The position numbers and the translations under genes are program-made. A model generated the notes under the pieces. The model made no database searches and was not told the DNA's origin. It saw nothing but the letters and a program-made list of their open reading frames with translations. Below, piece after piece: positions 62,534 to 64,000 of a stretch of DNA of 64,000 bases. The stretch comes from Lytechinus pictus (taxonomy: Eukaryota). Each line of letters opens with the position of its first letter. Position 1 is the stretch's first letter. Location of the stretch: positions 27,468,001-27,532,000 of the forward strand of contig NC_087250.1 of NCBI RefSeq assembly GCF_037042905.1. The letters run 5' to 3'.

Positions 62534-62710
62534 ACACACACACCGCCAAAAATGGCCGGTGCCCCCCCTGAAAAAGCAAGGACCCCCCATTGCCCCCCCT
62601 CCGGGGGGGGGGGGGAATCCTAGCTACGCCACTGTCTGTGAAGATCCGAAAACGCTGGAAATTAAAAGCTACGGAGCCCGAGAGGGGACATGCATTAACA
62701 TTTTTTTTTT

Positions 62711-63196
62711 AATAAGTCGTTCCCACCACTTATAAGTCGTTCCCACCACTTATAAGTCGTTCCCACCACTTATAAGTCGTTACCACCACTTATAAGTCGT
62801 TCCCACCTCTTATAAGTCGTTCCCACCACTTATAAGTCGTTCCCACCACTTATAAGTCGTTCCCACCACTTATAAGTCGTTCCCACCACTTATAAGTCGT
62901 TCCCACCACTTATAAGTCGTTACCACCACTTATAAGTCGTTCCCACCACTTATAAGTCGTTCCCACCACTTATAAGTCGTTACCACCACTTATAAGTCGT
63001 TCCCACCACTTATAAGTCGTTCCCACCACTTATAAGTCGTTCCCACCACTTATAAGTCGTTCCCACCACTTATAAGTCGTTACCACCACTTATAAGTCGT
63101 TCCCACCACTTATAAGTCGTTCCCACCACTTATAAGTCGTTACCACCACTTATAAGTCGTTCCCACCACTTATAAGTCGTTCCCACCACTTATAAG
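62711..63196 (+). repeat. 20-bp minisatellite (TATAAGTCGTTCCCACCACT) x ~24
   Basis: Near-perfect units with a recurrent C>A variant. Confidence 0.98.
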
Positions 63197-63308
63197 CCGG
63201 TTAGCCATCGCCGGCGAGCTCCTCCTTCAGCGCTTAGCCATCCGAATGTATGCAGCTTGATTGTTTTGAAGCTAGCTAGGGCTTGGCCTTGGCTTGAGTA
63301 GCCTTAAG

Positions 63309-63362
63309 GGCTTGGTGATAATGTGAAATATTGATATCAATATTTCACATTATCACCAAGCC
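63309..63362. repeat. Perfect 54-bp spacerless palindrome
   Basis: GGCTTGGTGATAATGTGAAATATTGAT|ATCAATATTTCACATTATCACCAAGCC. Confidence 0.95.
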
Positions 63363-63710
63363 TTGAGTGACGTAGGCCTATAGCTCTAGACACAAAAATC
63401 CGTCTGTTCTCCTCAGAACAGATTTTTCTGTCTAGCCTAGCCGACGCTAGTTCGGAATCGTATCTAGATTTGACCCATAACTCCGGCGTGGAGACATCCT
63501 ACTAAAACATACCCAAAATCAAGAGTAGGCCCATAATAATTATTTTCTTAATTAAAAATACCTCACTAAACATTTATATACCGTGGTCATATCTACCAAT
63601 CTCTTCTTAATATCATGATTAATCAACCTCGATCCATATATAGGGAGAGAGTTGGATCAAGAGAGGAATCGAGAGAAGGGGGGGGGGGGAGGGGGGTCCT
63701 GTTATAACTA

Positions 63711-64000
63711 CAGTGCGTCTCAAAAAAACTATACACTTTTGAAAGGGCTACCAAACAAAAGATATGTCACTTTGGGGGAATATACCTACATATATGGAAA
63801 GCCAATGAAGTCAACTTTCAGATGACACCAAAAAGTTGGAAAACTATTCATGCTTGAGTGAGCACTACCCATTAAACAAAGGGTATGAAAATTAGGGATT
63901 GGCAGGAATTAGCCTTTCAATTTCTGTCAGTTTTTGAGAGGCGAGTCCCTCGGAACTTGTTAACTTAAATTAATTTAATTTAAATTAATGGTCATTTATG
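63711..64000 (+). mobile_element. Left end of a Tc1/mariner-like element (family of 19460)
   Basis: TA|CAGTGCGTCTCAAAAAAACTATACACTTTTGAA and colinear similarity with 19460-19740. Confidence 0.7.

Larger units (their letters stand above)
55285..62661. repeat. Large foldback structure: inverted arms, each with a hAT-like terminus and a 194-bp satellite array
   Basis: 55285-55430 is the reverse complement of ~62520-62661; arrays are in opposite orientation. Confidence 0.9.

Noticed and set aside
62711..63196. CRISPR-like array
   Set aside because: Contiguous 20-bp units with no unique spacers, no cas genes, eukaryotic context.

Overview
AT-rich, repeat-dense eukaryotic (animal, probably marine invertebrate/echinoderm-like; taxon is inference) genomic DNA. 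Two host genes are well supported: a 7-coding-exon mitochondrial class-1 release factor (MTRF1L-like, + strand, 9586-22326, PKT and GGQ motifs) and a single-exon B-box/coiled-coil/beta-propeller (RING-less TRIM-like) ORF (29242-30894). Mobile elements: a decayed DIRS/PAT-like retrotransposon whose gag appears to contain a spliceosomal intron, a Penelope-like element with a hammerhead-ribozyme motif at its 3' end, a full-length Gmr1-type gypsy LTR element (IN before RT), a LINE ORF1, an L2 fragment, tRNA-SINEs, Helentron-like (HINE) elements and many nested MITEs (hAT, Kolobok, piggyBac, Tc1, Sola-like). Most unusual: the 3' ends of three consecutive MTRF1L exons are tandemly amplified into the following intron/UTR (65-bp x ~34, 53-bp x 4, 169-bp period x 2), and the copies differ from the exon largely at synonymous positions. 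There is also a 7.4-kb foldback structure built from oppositely oriented 194-bp satellite arrays. All analysis was by eye; no database searches were run.
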